The notes under the pieces were generated by a model that saw only the letters and a program-made list of their open reading frames with translations, had not been told where the DNA came from and ran no database searches. Shown piece after piece: positions 34,808 to 43,415 of a stretch of 56,087 bases of DNA. The DNA lies in the IMG/VR virus record IMGVR_UViG_3300022074_000048, positions 1 to 56,087 of that record; one strand, 5' to 3'. This DNA is from a virus (taxonomy: Duplodnaviria; Caudoviricetes). How positions within the stretch are numbered: the stretch's first letter is position 1; each line of letters begins with the position of its first letter. The position numbers and the translations under genes were made by a program.

Positions 34808-36313
34808 CTATATCGGGAAATATTTATTGCTCATCGGCTGTACGATATGCAAGTTTTTCTTTGCTCTAGTAAGGCCAACATAAAAGACGCGGGTGTCGTC
34901 GTCAGGATTTTTTTCAAAACTTTTCCATGTACGGTGAGGAATATCAGTAAGGAGTAAAACGTTGTCTGCCTCCCCACCCTTGGCTGAATGTATTGTAGAG
35001 AGATTTATACGAGGCTTCTTAGTGATTTTTTCGCCGCGACGTAAAATAGAAAGAATATAACTGCGCTCTTGAACTGATATAGCATCGAACATATCGTGCC
35101 ATATCTTTGGTTCGCTTAACTCTGCTATTTCTAAGACTTGCGAAAGCGTGAACCTCTGCGTTGGCTCGAAAGTGTCAAAAACCTTCTTCTTCGCGCTCTT
35201 AATATACGCAACAGCTGATAATGCGTCTTCTGGGTATGCAAGATCGCCACGTCTTAATCGCTCCCAAGCTTGAACAGAGGCAACCTTTTTATCAGAGATA
35301 GAAGGGTCGCCTTTACGCTCGAAATATACCCCAAGATTTCTACAATGGGCATCAATCTCATTTAATAAATAATTAGACCGCGATAAGATTAACCATTCAC
35401 CCGTAGATAGGTCCACATGCTCGAAACTTGCTTCGCTGATAACCTGTCCTTCCTCATGCCGAGGGTTCCAAGTTTTATCTGTTCGTGTCTTAACACGGCG
35501 TATAATGCTGTCAGCTACCCGATGAACACTGCGAGGGATGCGGTAACTTTGATCCAAGACACGAGCGTTACCTTTGCTTATCCCTACCAGATGATCTACA
35601 TCTGCCCCTGCCCATCTAAAAATAGCTTGATCGTCATCTCCGGCAATATAGACACGTTGAGAGTTCTCTGCCAACAATTCTACTAGACGCCATTGTAGAG
35701 GGCTGAGATCTTGCGCCTCATCTACAAACATAACATCTAATTTAGGGGACAACTGTTTTTGAACACACAGATCTAACATATCTGTAAAATCATGTAAGCC
35801 CCTTGAATCTTTAAACTGCTTTAACCCTTTTTGAAATCGTTCTAACGCAAACCAGTCGATATCTTCATCATAATGATCGTGCCACTGTTGTCGTAAAGGC
35901 ACACAGCGTAATCGGGATAAACCTTCAATAAAACTCAGGCGGTCGTCTTTCGATAAAAGAGATATTGCACCTTCCTCAAGTTTATTAGAACCTGTAAGCC
36001 GTAAACCCATCAGATCGTTAAACTCATGAAGTGTTTGTCCATTTAAGACAGAGCTTCTGGACAAACCTAACATACGGTGGCATAAAGAATGAAGCGTTCG
36101 GAAATTAGGCAACTCTTTTTGAGTTAGACCAAAACGCTCCATAGTCCTTTCGCGCCCTTCTTCTGATGCTTTTTTAGTAAATGCGAAATAACCTATGCGG
36201 TCAGGGTGTGTACCTCGCTCCATTTCTAGTTCAATTAAATTCAGAATTGTTGTCGTTTTGCCTGTTCCAGGAGGGCCAAGGATAATAGACCACGTGCTTG
36301 AGTCTCTCATCAA
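34808..36313 (-). CDS. SF1 UvrD/Rep-like DNA helicase
   Basis: GPPGTGKT, AFTKKA, TLHSL, DEAQD, GDDDQAI..W.GA, QSYR, STIHSAKGGE, YVGLTRAK. Confidence 0.95.
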   Translation of the reverse strand: MMRDSSTWSIILGPPGTGKTTTILNLIELEMERGTHPDRIGYFAFTKKASEEGRERTMERFGLTQKELPNFRTLHSLCHRMLGLSRSSVLNGQTLHEFNDLMGLRLTGSNKLEEGAISLLSKDDRLSFIEGLSRLRCVPLRQQWHDHYDEDIDWFALERFQKGLKQFKDSRGLHDFTDMLDLCVQKQLSPKLDVMFVDEAQDLSPLQWRLVELLAENSQRVYIAGDDDQAIFRWAGADVDHLVGISKGNARVLDQSYRIPRSVHRVADSIIRRVKTRTDKTWNPRHEEGQVISEASFEHVDLSTGEWLILSRSNYLLNEIDAHCRNLGVYFERKGDPSISDKKVASVQAWERLRRGDLAYPEDALSAVAYIKSAKKKVFDTFEPTQRFTLSQVLEIAELSEPKIWHDMFDAISVQERSYILSILRRGEKITKKPRINLSTIHSAKGGEADNVLLLTDIPHRTWKSFEKNPDDDTRVFYVGLTRAKKNLHIVQPMSNKYFPI

Positions 36314-37848
36314 AAAGGCTCCTCTTTCATATCCGGTAAATCAAAACTTCCTTCTTGTGCAGAAAACTCTGGTATATACCAAACAGTAACGCCCTTGCCT
36401 TTTACGTGAAAGAAATGGTGGCCCCCGCCTAGCTCACGAATCCGTGCCGCTATATTATTACGACCGTAATCACGAAACTGCTGGCGACTAAAATAATCTA
36501 ATAAATCTTTCAAACGGAAATGAGTTTTACCCTCTTCTGTCCAAGGTTTACCCAATAATAATTCATCGCGGCTTTGAGCTTGCGCTCGTTCAGTGCAAAA
36601 CGCTTCTAGTAGTTCCATAAACTGGCCTTCTACTGAAACGTCTTTTGGAACCTCAATTACAGAAACAGCGTCCAATAACTGCTGTATTATATTTCTCCAA
36701 TTATTCTGCCTTTGCGTTGGTGGCATAAAATTAAGCGCATCCATACAACGCCGTTGGAACTTGGTTTGATTTTGTAATTCCTCTGTAGTTAATTCTAAAC
36801 GATGACCCTCAACATCAAGAAACCAGATCGGAGGTTGAGAATCCTGTTTTTGAAGATTACCAAACTGAGGCATACCGCCTGAACTACCTACACCATACTC
36901 ACATGTTCGACAAACAGCAGAGTTACAAAACGCGGCTATAGGCTGATCATTACATTTGTAGTGATAATCCTTATTATTTAGAGCGCGGATAACTGTTAAG
37001 ACTTCTTGCGCACCTAACGGGGGTTTCATAAACTTGAAGTTAAATTCTTCAACCTTACGTTCCCATGTATCCTGGAACTTTTTACGAACAAAAACCCCTA
37101 GATCAAACAGCCCATTATTACGAGTACCTTCTGGAAAGCCCATTGTACAAAGAGCTTTTAAACAAGGTGGTGCACCTTCAAGATCTGGATCAGTCTCAGC
37201 GTCGTTAACAGCTTTAGCTGTTAAATTTTCTAACTCTCGTCGAGTAATCATTTTACTCTTAACGTGAGCTATAAATTCTTCTAAATCTAAGATGCCTTCG
37301 CCTTGGTCGTTATGACAATACCTTGTCGATGTATTACCACCGAAGTACGGCATATTTAAAATATTACCGCGATCCCCTTTTTCTAAGAGGAGCTTCGTTT
37401 GCTTTGGAAATATCTCAGCTGTTCCATAACCAAGAGCTGATGCTATTTCTTTTAACTTACCCTGCATAACAGAAGCGGGTACTGGCTCTTTTACAAAACA
37501 ATAAACATGTGCTCCGCCCGATTTAGAGCGAGCAACAACAAAAGGTAACTCATTTCGTCGAACTAACCGTTCAACAAGTTCATCAAGTTTTAAGGGGTAA
37601 ACATCAATATCTATTGCCCCCCATACGCAAGAATTATCCTCACGAATAGGAACAATGCCAACCGACTCTTTTCCCTCTAAATGATTAGTCCATAATTCTA
37701 TTAATTTTTCATCGCTTATATCTTCCGATATAACTCGATATTGACCTTTTTGTTTTCCTGGACCGTTATCTTCATTTGGGCGATAACAACCATAAGCTAG
37801 TCTTAAACCAGCAAATAACTGAGCAAAATTTTGGGCAAGGGTACTCAT
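36310..37848 (-). CDS. Archaeo-eukaryotic primase (primase-polymerase)
   Basis: WGAIDID, RSKSGGAH, EIFPKQ, N.P; PriCT-like PPCL...EGTRNN.LF; Cys cluster. Confidence 0.8.
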   Translation of the reverse strand: MSTLAQNFAQLFAGLRLAYGCYRPNEDNGPGKQKGQYRVISEDISDEKLIELWTNHLEGKESVGIVPIREDNSCVWGAIDIDVYPLKLDELVERLVRRNELPFVVARSKSGGAHVYCFVKEPVPASVMQGKLKEIASALGYGTAEIFPKQTKLLLEKGDRGNILNMPYFGGNTSTRYCHNDQGEGILDLEEFIAHVKSKMITRRELENLTAKAVNDAETDPDLEGAPPCLKALCTMGFPEGTRNNGLFDLGVFVRKKFQDTWERKVEEFNFKFMKPPLGAQEVLTVIRALNNKDYHYKCNDQPIAAFCNSAVCRTCEYGVGSSGGMPQFGNLQKQDSQPPIWFLDVEGHRLELTTEELQNQTKFQRRCMDALNFMPPTQRQNNWRNIIQQLLDAVSVIEVPKDVSVEGQFMELLEAFCTERAQAQSRDELLLGKPWTEEGKTHFRLKDLLDYFSRQQFRDYGRNNIAARIRELGGGHHFFHVKGKGVTVWYIPEFSAQEGSFDLPDMKEEPF

Positions 37849-37874
37849 ACTTTATCCTTTCTAACGGTGTACAT

Positions 37875-37910
37875 TAAGGGGGGAATGTACGCCGTTCCCC
37901 CCTTATTTTT
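37875..37910. terminator. Strong hairpin between SSB and primase genes
   Basis: TAAGGGGGGAA/TTCCCCCCTTA; the T-tract lies on the plus strand. Confidence 0.6.
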
Positions 37911-37912
37911 AT

Positions 37913-38716
37913 TTAGAAAGGAACTTCGTCGTTCAAATCTTGCTTACTCTGCTCAGTAGCCTCTTCGTCAGGAGATTTAACCTGTACGTCTCCGGCCTTA
38001 ATCTTACTGAGGAATTTAGCACCTTCTTTAGCCATAGAGCCGTTAGTCGTCGGGCCTTCTAAACCAATAGACCAGCCCATCCATGAACCACGGTCGTTCT
38101 GTTCTTGGACCGTTTTCAAACGGTATTTAAACATGAACATGGGTGCGTCTTGTGTTACACCAGCACTATTAACAACACGCTGTTGTAACATTTGAGCGAG
38201 CCACTTACGAGCTTTACCCAACTGAGTAGAAGTCATAGCTATGACTGCTTGTGACCACTCAGTTTCGTTCTCGTTACAAACCATAACAAAAAACTGGGCG
38301 GTCTCCGCAATGTAGTTACCATTTGATAACACCATCTGACCACGATCGTTTTTTGTGCACTGCGAAAGAATATCACGAGAATCGTGTTCAGCTACTTTAC
38401 CGCCCCCTGCTTCACGCGGTGTCCATTCAAGATATTTTTTGTTGTAGTAACAAGGCACAACGATAATACCTTCATCACCATCAACAACTGTATTAAGGAC
38501 GGAGTTATGAATATTACCCTGCTCCGCGCCTTTGATATATTTACCGTCGTTCTTATTCAACTGTGGGCTAAGAGCCTGTAGAATTTGTATGAACGGAATA
38601 GATACATCATCTGGTGTTACTTCTTCTAAACCAGTTCCATAAGCTAACAGTTCATCGTCCATAATTGCGACTGCGCCGCCTTCTGCTTTTACAGCAACTT
38701 CAGTAATTTTCGCCAT
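37913..38716 (-). CDS. Single-stranded DNA-binding protein
   Basis: AGGAGG RBS before ATG 38716; IPF..ILQ.LSPQ, Y.EW, M.STQL..ARKW; acidic tail ending EVPF. Confidence 0.75.
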   Translation of the reverse strand: MAKITEVAVKAEGGAVAIMDDELLAYGTGLEEVTPDDVSIPFIQILQALSPQLNKNDGKYIKGAEQGNIHNSVLNTVVDGDEGIIVVPCYYNKKYLEWTPREAGGGKVAEHDSRDILSQCTKNDRGQMVLSNGNYIAETAQFFVMVCNENETEWSQAVIAMTSTQLGKARKWLAQMLQQRVVNSAGVTQDAPMFMFKYRLKTVQEQNDRGSWMGWSIGLEGPTTNGSMAKEGAKFLSKIKAGDVQVKSPDEEATEQSKQDLNDEVPF

Positions 38717-38726
38717 GGTAATCCTC

Positions 38727-39293
38727 CTATTTAGCGATTTTAGATTTGAAGCCTGAATACAAACCGAATAAGTCCACAGGTATATCTGTGCCCTTTTCCA
38801 TTTGTTCTTTGGCAAATGCCCTCAGGGTCGAATGATGTACTGCTTCTTTGGTGTCGATTTCGATACCTTTAGCTTGCAGTGCTTCTACTGCGAGCTTCCA
38901 TTTATCGTCATTTTTACCAAATTTAGCTGTTACCTCACGTTTAATTATGTCACCAAAACCGTGCTTAACGAGCCACGTGTGGGCCTCGTCAGCTTTAGCT
39001 TTTGTAATGTGTGCGGTAACGAACGGTTCAGCTTTTACCCTAGAGCCATCCGCAAGACGTATCTCTGATACGCCAGCTTCAGCCAAAGCGTCAGGAAGGT
39101 CGTGCTCTTGTACAGAACGCAATTCTTCTTTTTTCGCTTTCAGTTCTAACTCAAGCGCAGTAACCCCGCGCTCCAGTTCGAGTTGTTTATTTGCCAACTC
39201 AGCAATGCGATGTATTTCACCATCGGTTGCCTCGACTGCTAGGGTATTTATTGCCTCGCCCCCGAGGATATCGTCGAGTATGTCTTTATCCAA
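38727..39293 (-). CDS. Conserved replication-module protein
   Basis: TTG start with GGAG RBS; coiled coil, LP..L...G....L.DGS, WL...G.GDIIK, VH.STL.AF. Confidence 0.7.
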   Translation of the reverse strand: MDKDILDDILGGEAINTLAVEATDGEIHRIAELANKQLELERGVTALELELKAKKEELRSVQEHDLPDALAEAGVSEIRLADGSRVKAEPFVTAHITKAKADEAHTWLVKHGFGDIIKREVTAKFGKNDDKWKLAVEALQAKGIEIDTKEAVHHSTLRAFAKEQMEKGTDIPVDLFGLYSGFKSKIAK

Positions 39294-39295
39294 TT

Positions 39296-39613
39296 TTATT
39301 CTCCGTAAAGACTACAGCTTATAGGGATATATAGTTTTTCTTGCCTATCCCATTTCAGCAAGTTTACCTCCCCTTCCAAGTAGTCTGATGCTATCGCAAC
39401 AGTCAAACCTATAAGGGTCGGATCTCCAGAAAGCAAAACGTAATCGCCTTGCTTTATATTCTTTAGCCCCTGATGAATCTGTTCAATCGCCCACTTAGCG
39501 TTAAAACTGATCTGGTAGTTTGGGGGTAATAGAACTTCTATTTCTCCAAATTTTCTGGCAGGGGCAAAATTGTGCTTGCCCGTCTCTTGCACCAGATAAA
39601 CGCTACTGGACAT
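39296..39613 (-). CDS. Small Rossmann-like protein
   Basis: GGAGG RBS; VY.VQE, A.KFG, DYVLLSGDP, LKWDR. Confidence 0.7.
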   Translation of the reverse strand: MSSSVYLVQETGKHNFAPARKFGEIEVLLPPNYQISFNAKWAIEQIHQGLKNIKQGDYVLLSGDPTLIGLTVAIASDYLEGEVNLLKWDRQEKLYIPISCSLYGE

Positions 39614-39677
39614 TTTTCCTCCGTTTTTTACCCTATATCTATCTGGGTAGGTTTTAAACTACGTTTTAATGTCTAAG

Positions 39678-39768
39678 TCCATCATAATCTCATAATCTCA
39701 TAATTTAGTAGTTAACTGTATGTTATAATTGCTAAACTATCCTATGATATAACATATGACATTATGAG
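39678..39768. repeat. Inverted arrays of ATTATGAN 8-mers around an AT-rich core (candidate origin), locus B
   Basis: ATCATAAT CTCATAAT CTCATAAT (39681-39704), then an AT-rich spacer, then ATATGAC ATTATGAG (39754-39768). Confidence 0.8.
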
Positions 39769-40352
39769 AACGATAAGCCGTCGCGGGGTGAAATCGCCTT
39801 TTGAGAAAAATTATCTGCTAGATATTCATTATAGGCGTCGATATAGCGGATAACATTAGCCCGTACCTTCTTTTCCAAAACTTCAATATCCACAGCGATT
39901 TTATCCCGTATGTTTATGTAAACGTCAGCCAAGAGCCAGTTGCCCATGTACATTTGTTCTAAGCAATAAAACAAAAGCTCGATACGATCTGCTATTTTTA
40001 TATAAAGATTTTCACGCCCCCAAGAGGGGACTCCCCCGTGTTCAGATTTCCAACCCATATCTTTCAAAAAACTTTTTTCACGCTCCTCAAGAGCTTTTTC
40101 TAGATCCGGATTAGCCCACTTTACATTAGCAGGTATATCACCTGTAACAACTTCAGGAATATCATGGCGAAGCGCAAACACTAAACCGTCCTTTGATATA
40201 TCTGGAAATAAGTCTAAGAGGATCATAGACAGCCCCCAAGTGTGGGCGGCTACATTTTGCTCTTCTCCGTTCACAGGACGAATGTGCAAACGCCGTATGC
40301 GTCCTGCCATTCGCGTATTATATATTTTCTCGGAAAGAGAGTATTGGCCCAT
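39762..40352 (-). CDS. HD-domain 5'-deoxynucleotidase (YfbR-like)
   Basis: NVAAHT, ALRHD.PE..TGDIP..VK, KIADR.E. Confidence 0.9.
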   Translation of the reverse strand: MGQYSLSEKIYNTRMAGRIRRLHIRPVNGEEQNVAAHTWGLSMILLDLFPDISKDGLVFALRHDIPEVVTGDIPANVKWANPDLEKALEEREKSFLKDMGWKSEHGGVPSWGRENLYIKIADRIELLFYCLEQMYMGNWLLADVYINIRDKIAVDIEVLEKKVRANVIRYIDAYNEYLADNFSQKAISPRDGLSFS

Positions 40353-40372
40353 AACTCTATCCTTTCTGTGGG

Positions 40373-40409
40373 TTTACTCGAAAGCTATACTATATTATAA
40401 CCGCGTCAA
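40373..40409. promoter_or_regulatory. Overlapping divergent sigma70-type promoters
   Basis: Plus strand TTTACT-N17-TATAAC (40373-40401); minus strand TTGACG (40409-40404) with AT-rich -10 region. Confidence 0.5.
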
Positions 40410-40425
40410 CGTATAGGGGTTTTTT

Positions 40426-41874
40426 ATGAATTTTAAATTTAAGACCAAACCATATAAGCACCAGCTAAAAGCATTAGAGATTTCTTACCTGAAGAAATCG
40501 TTTGCGCTTCTTATGGATATGGGAACGGGTAAATCAAAAGTTCTTATTGATACGATCGCGTATCTTGACGCAACTGATGAAATTAATTCTGTTTTAATCC
40601 TTGCTCCAAAGGGTGTTTATAAAAACTGGGTCGGTAAAGAAATACCAGCACACTTGCCAGACAGCATTGAACATAAAGTTGCGTATTGGGCTTCGCCGTT
40701 AACCAATAAACATAAAGACGCTATCCGCGATATTTGGCGACCAAATAAATACTTGCATATTTTTGTAATGAATATTGAAGCCTTATCCACAGGCAAAGCA
40801 GAAGAAGTCGCGACTAAATTTATTGCGGCACACGGCGGTTCGACTCTTATTGCTATTGATGAATCCACAGTTATAAAGAACCACAAAGCTCGAAGAAGCA
40901 AGGCGGCAATGAGGTTGTCTAAGCGGTGTAAATATAAACGAATCCTTACAGGGTCTCCCATTACAAAAACACCACTTGATTTGTTTTCGCAGTTTCAATT
41001 TTTAGGAGAAGAATTATTAGGCTTTAAGTCGTATTATGCTTTTTGCGCTCGTTACGCAGACATGATAAAACGTAGTGCGTCTGGAGGTGGTCATCAATAT
41101 AATCAGATACTTGGTTTTAGAAATCTTGACGAACTTACTGAATCAATAAAGCCGCACTCGTACCGCGTTACGAAAGAAGAGTGTCTCGACCTACCTGAAA
41201 AAACTTATACAATGCGAACGATAGAGCTAACTTCAGAACAAAAGAACCTGTACGACCAAATGAAAAAGACCGCTGTAACTTTGTTAGACGACATGGAAAT
41301 GGTTACAGCTAATGCAGTTATTACTCAACTATTGCGTTTACATCAAATTAGTTGTGGTTTTATTAATACGGATGACGGTAATGTGGTTGAAATTAAAAAC
41401 AATCGCATGTCCGAATTACTTGCGATCTTAGAAGAACTAAACGGGAAAGCTATTATTTGGGCTAACTATCGACACGATATCCTGGCTATCAAAAACGAAA
41501 TATCGAAAGTTTATGGACCAAGATCTGTTGCTACTTATTTTGGCGACACTGATGGCGAAGAAAGACAAAATATTGTAGATCGTTTCCAAGAGGACGAAGA
41601 ACTACGCTTTTTTGTTGGACAACCTCGCACAGGTGGGTACGGTTTGACTTTAACCGCTGCATCAACAGTAATATATTATAGTAACAGCTATGATCTTGAA
41701 GTAAGGTTACAATCAGAAGATCGTGCGCACAGAATCGGTCAATCTAATGCGGTTACATACATCGACTTAATCGCGCAAAAAACGGTAGACGAAAAAATAG
41801 TCGGTGCACTTCGGAAGAAGATTAACATCGCAACACAGGTATTAGAAGAAGATTGGAAAAAATGGCTGATTTAA
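40426..41874 (+). CDS. SNF2-family (SF2) helicase
   Basis: PY.HQ, MDMGTGKS, IDES..IKN, LTGSP, LRLHQI, GGYGLTL, QSEDRAHRIGQ. Confidence 0.95.
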   Translation: MNFKFKTKPYKHQLKALEISYLKKSFALLMDMGTGKSKVLIDTIAYLDATDEINSVLILAPKGVYKNWVGKEIPAHLPDSIEHKVAYWASPLTNKHKDAIRDIWRPNKYLHIFVMNIEALSTGKAEEVATKFIAAHGGSTLIAIDESTVIKNHKARRSKAAMRLSKRCKYKRILTGSPITKTPLDLFSQFQFLGEELLGFKSYYAFCARYADMIKRSASGGGHQYNQILGFRNLDELTESIKPHSYRVTKEECLDLPEKTYTMRTIELTSEQKNLYDQMKKTAVTLLDDMEMVTANAVITQLLRLHQISCGFINTDDGNVVEIKNNRMSELLAILEELNGKAIIWANYRHDILAIKNEISKVYGPRSVATYFGDTDGEERQNIVDRFQEDEELRFFVGQPRTGGYGLTLTAASTVIYYSNSYDLEVRLQSEDRAHRIGQSNAVTYIDLIAQKTVDEKIVGALRKKINIATQVLEEDWKKWLI

Positions 41875-42086
41875 TTCAAGAATTCAAAGAACTACGAAAA
41901 CAATCGGGGCTGTCTCAAAAAGACGTATCGGAAGACACAGGCGTAAGTTTGATTACAGTGTACACGTGGGAAGCTAAACAACGACAACCCACCTTGTCTA
42001 ATTTCAATAAAGTGTTAAACAAGATGGGTTATGAAGTTACTATCCAACCGCTCGCATCCGTTGAACAAGACGTTCAGCACGGTTAG
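41853..42086 (+). CDS. XRE-family helix-turn-helix regulator
   Basis: LRKQSGLSQ.DVS...GVS..TV..WE....QP. Confidence 0.9.
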   Translation: MEKMADLIQEFKELRKQSGLSQKDVSEDTGVSLITVYTWEAKQRQPTLSNFNKVLNKMGYEVTIQPLASVEQDVQHG

Positions 42087-42483
42087 TTACCTGTTTATAC
42101 CAACGCGAGTCTATCATTTCGTCTGCCGCCTTGTTCCAATCACGGGCGTCGATACCGGCTTTCATACCTTTAAATTTAGATAATCGAGGGTATCCAAGGT
42201 TAAACATCATGTTAGCCACGATCAACTGTACGTCTTCGGGTAAGTCACCGAAGTCTTGGTACAGGTTTTCACAATCATTTATAACGACCTGTATATCCTC
42301 CTCAAACGCTTCTAATACCCGTTCAGACGACACAGCAGAACCAACATCTAATCCATATTCAGGATCGTTCTTTCTAATTAAATGACCAATGCCAAAGGTT
42401 GGAAGGTCAAGATGATCAAGATAGACCGCGTATACACAGCCTTCATCTGCCTCAAGGTCTCTCTTTAGTTTTTCTATATCCAT
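42040..42483 (-). CDS. Endolysin, T4-like lysozyme (GH24)
   Basis: DEG....Y.D....T.G.GH catalytic triad; NM.FNLG; SRWY.Q...RA. Confidence 0.9.
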   Translation of the reverse strand: MDIEKLKRDLEADEGCVYAVYLDHLDLPTFGIGHLIRKNDPEYGLDVGSAVSSERVLEAFEEDIQVVINDCENLYQDFGDLPEDVQLIVANMMFNLGYPRLSKFKGMKAGIDARDWNKAADEMIDSRWYKQVTNRAERLVQRMRAVG

Positions 42484-42869
42484 TATTTTTTCCCGAAAAA
42501 TTTAGTTGCTGACCGAACTCCGAAACTAGCCGCTACGATCACGCCCAACGTATATTGATACCAATCCGGCATTACTTCTAAAGCAGCAAAACCTTCTGCA
42601 ACAATAATTCTCCCCCATTCTCCAGTAAAAGCTAATATAAGTGGGATCGAAAACAAAATAGTTAGCCATTCATCTTTCCAAGACGACTGACTACCTTTCG
42701 CCATCAGTTTTTCCCAGTCAGCTGTTGACGTTGCTGCTGAAACCATTACCTTGGCTTCAGCTTCAGCTTTTGCTTTAGCAACTGCAGATTTACCACGTTG
42801 TTCTTCTGTTTTTGAATCCATCCACGACCCGATTAGGCCAGAAACAGGTCCGATTAGTGCTTGTAGCAT
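42483..42869 (-). CDS. Holin (3TM-holin-like)
   Basis: SWKDEW, two or three TM helices, P.WY, ASFG.R; directly upstream of the lysozyme. Confidence 0.7.
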   Translation of the reverse strand: MLQALIGPVSGLIGSWMDSKTEEQRGKSAVAKAKAEAEAKVMVSAATSTADWEKLMAKGSQSSWKDEWLTILFSIPLILAFTGEWGRIIVAEGFAALEVMPDWYQYTLGVIVAASFGVRSATKFFGKK

Positions 42870-43096
42870 CAGTACACCTTTACTTGTTCTGAATCAACTT
42901 TCCTTGGTACACAATATGCCGTTACTCTATCTTTTGCATCAAGATATTGTGAGTACTGGTAATTACCGTATCTTTTTGACACTTGTGAAGCAAAATAATT
43001 ACATTCTGTTACAGAATAAAAATACATATTTCCTGACTCTAGTTTTCGAAAGTCGCCTGTTCCTAAGTATACAAGAAGTAAAAATACATCAACCAT
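42869..43096 (-). CDS. Small exported/membrane protein with a Cys pair
   Basis: Start adjusted to ATG 43096; FLLLVYLG...YF.S...C...AYCVP. Confidence 0.6.
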   Translation of the reverse strand: MVDVFLLLVYLGTGDFRKLESGNMYFYSVTECNYFASQVSKRYGNYQYSQYLDAKDRVTAYCVPRKVDSEQVKVY

Positions 43097-43097
43097 T

Positions 43098-43415
43098 TCA
43101 TTTTCTTGCCATCCAAGCAGTTGTCCCCATATACGCACCAACAATACCCGCGCCACTAATATAGAATAAACTACTAATTTCACTTAACGCAGAAATACGT
43201 TCAACAGAAACCCACGGGGTAAACATCGCCGCAGTAAACACGCCCATCCCAATCAGAGTGAATCTTGCCATTCTAAGTTGAGCAAGACTCTTTCGTAAAT
43301 CACGCTCTGTTTCTCGGATCTCTTTGGCGTGTTCTAGTTCTTCATCAGTAATTTCACCGTCCCCGTCAAGGTCATACTTAGCGTATGCGGTATCTTTTTG
43401 AAACTTCTTGCTCAT
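43098..43415 (-). CDS. EF-hand-containing 2-TM membrane protein
   Basis: DLDGDGEITDEE canonical loop, then two TM helices. Confidence 0.7.
   Translation of the reverse strand: MSKKFQKDTAYAKYDLDGDGEITDEELEHAKEIRETERDLRKSLAQLRMARFTLIGMGVFTAAMFTPWVSVERISALSEISSLFYISGAGIVGAYMGTTAWMARK

Noticed and set aside
39762-40352. Z-genome (2-aminoadenine) pathway suggested by a DatZ-like HD enzyme and a MazG-like protein
   Set aside because: No PurZ/PurA homologue in the window; the neighbouring pathway points to thymidine modification
41853-42086. CI-type lysogeny repressor
   Set aside because: HTH only, no peptidase domain, no divergent cro, no integrase or partition genes
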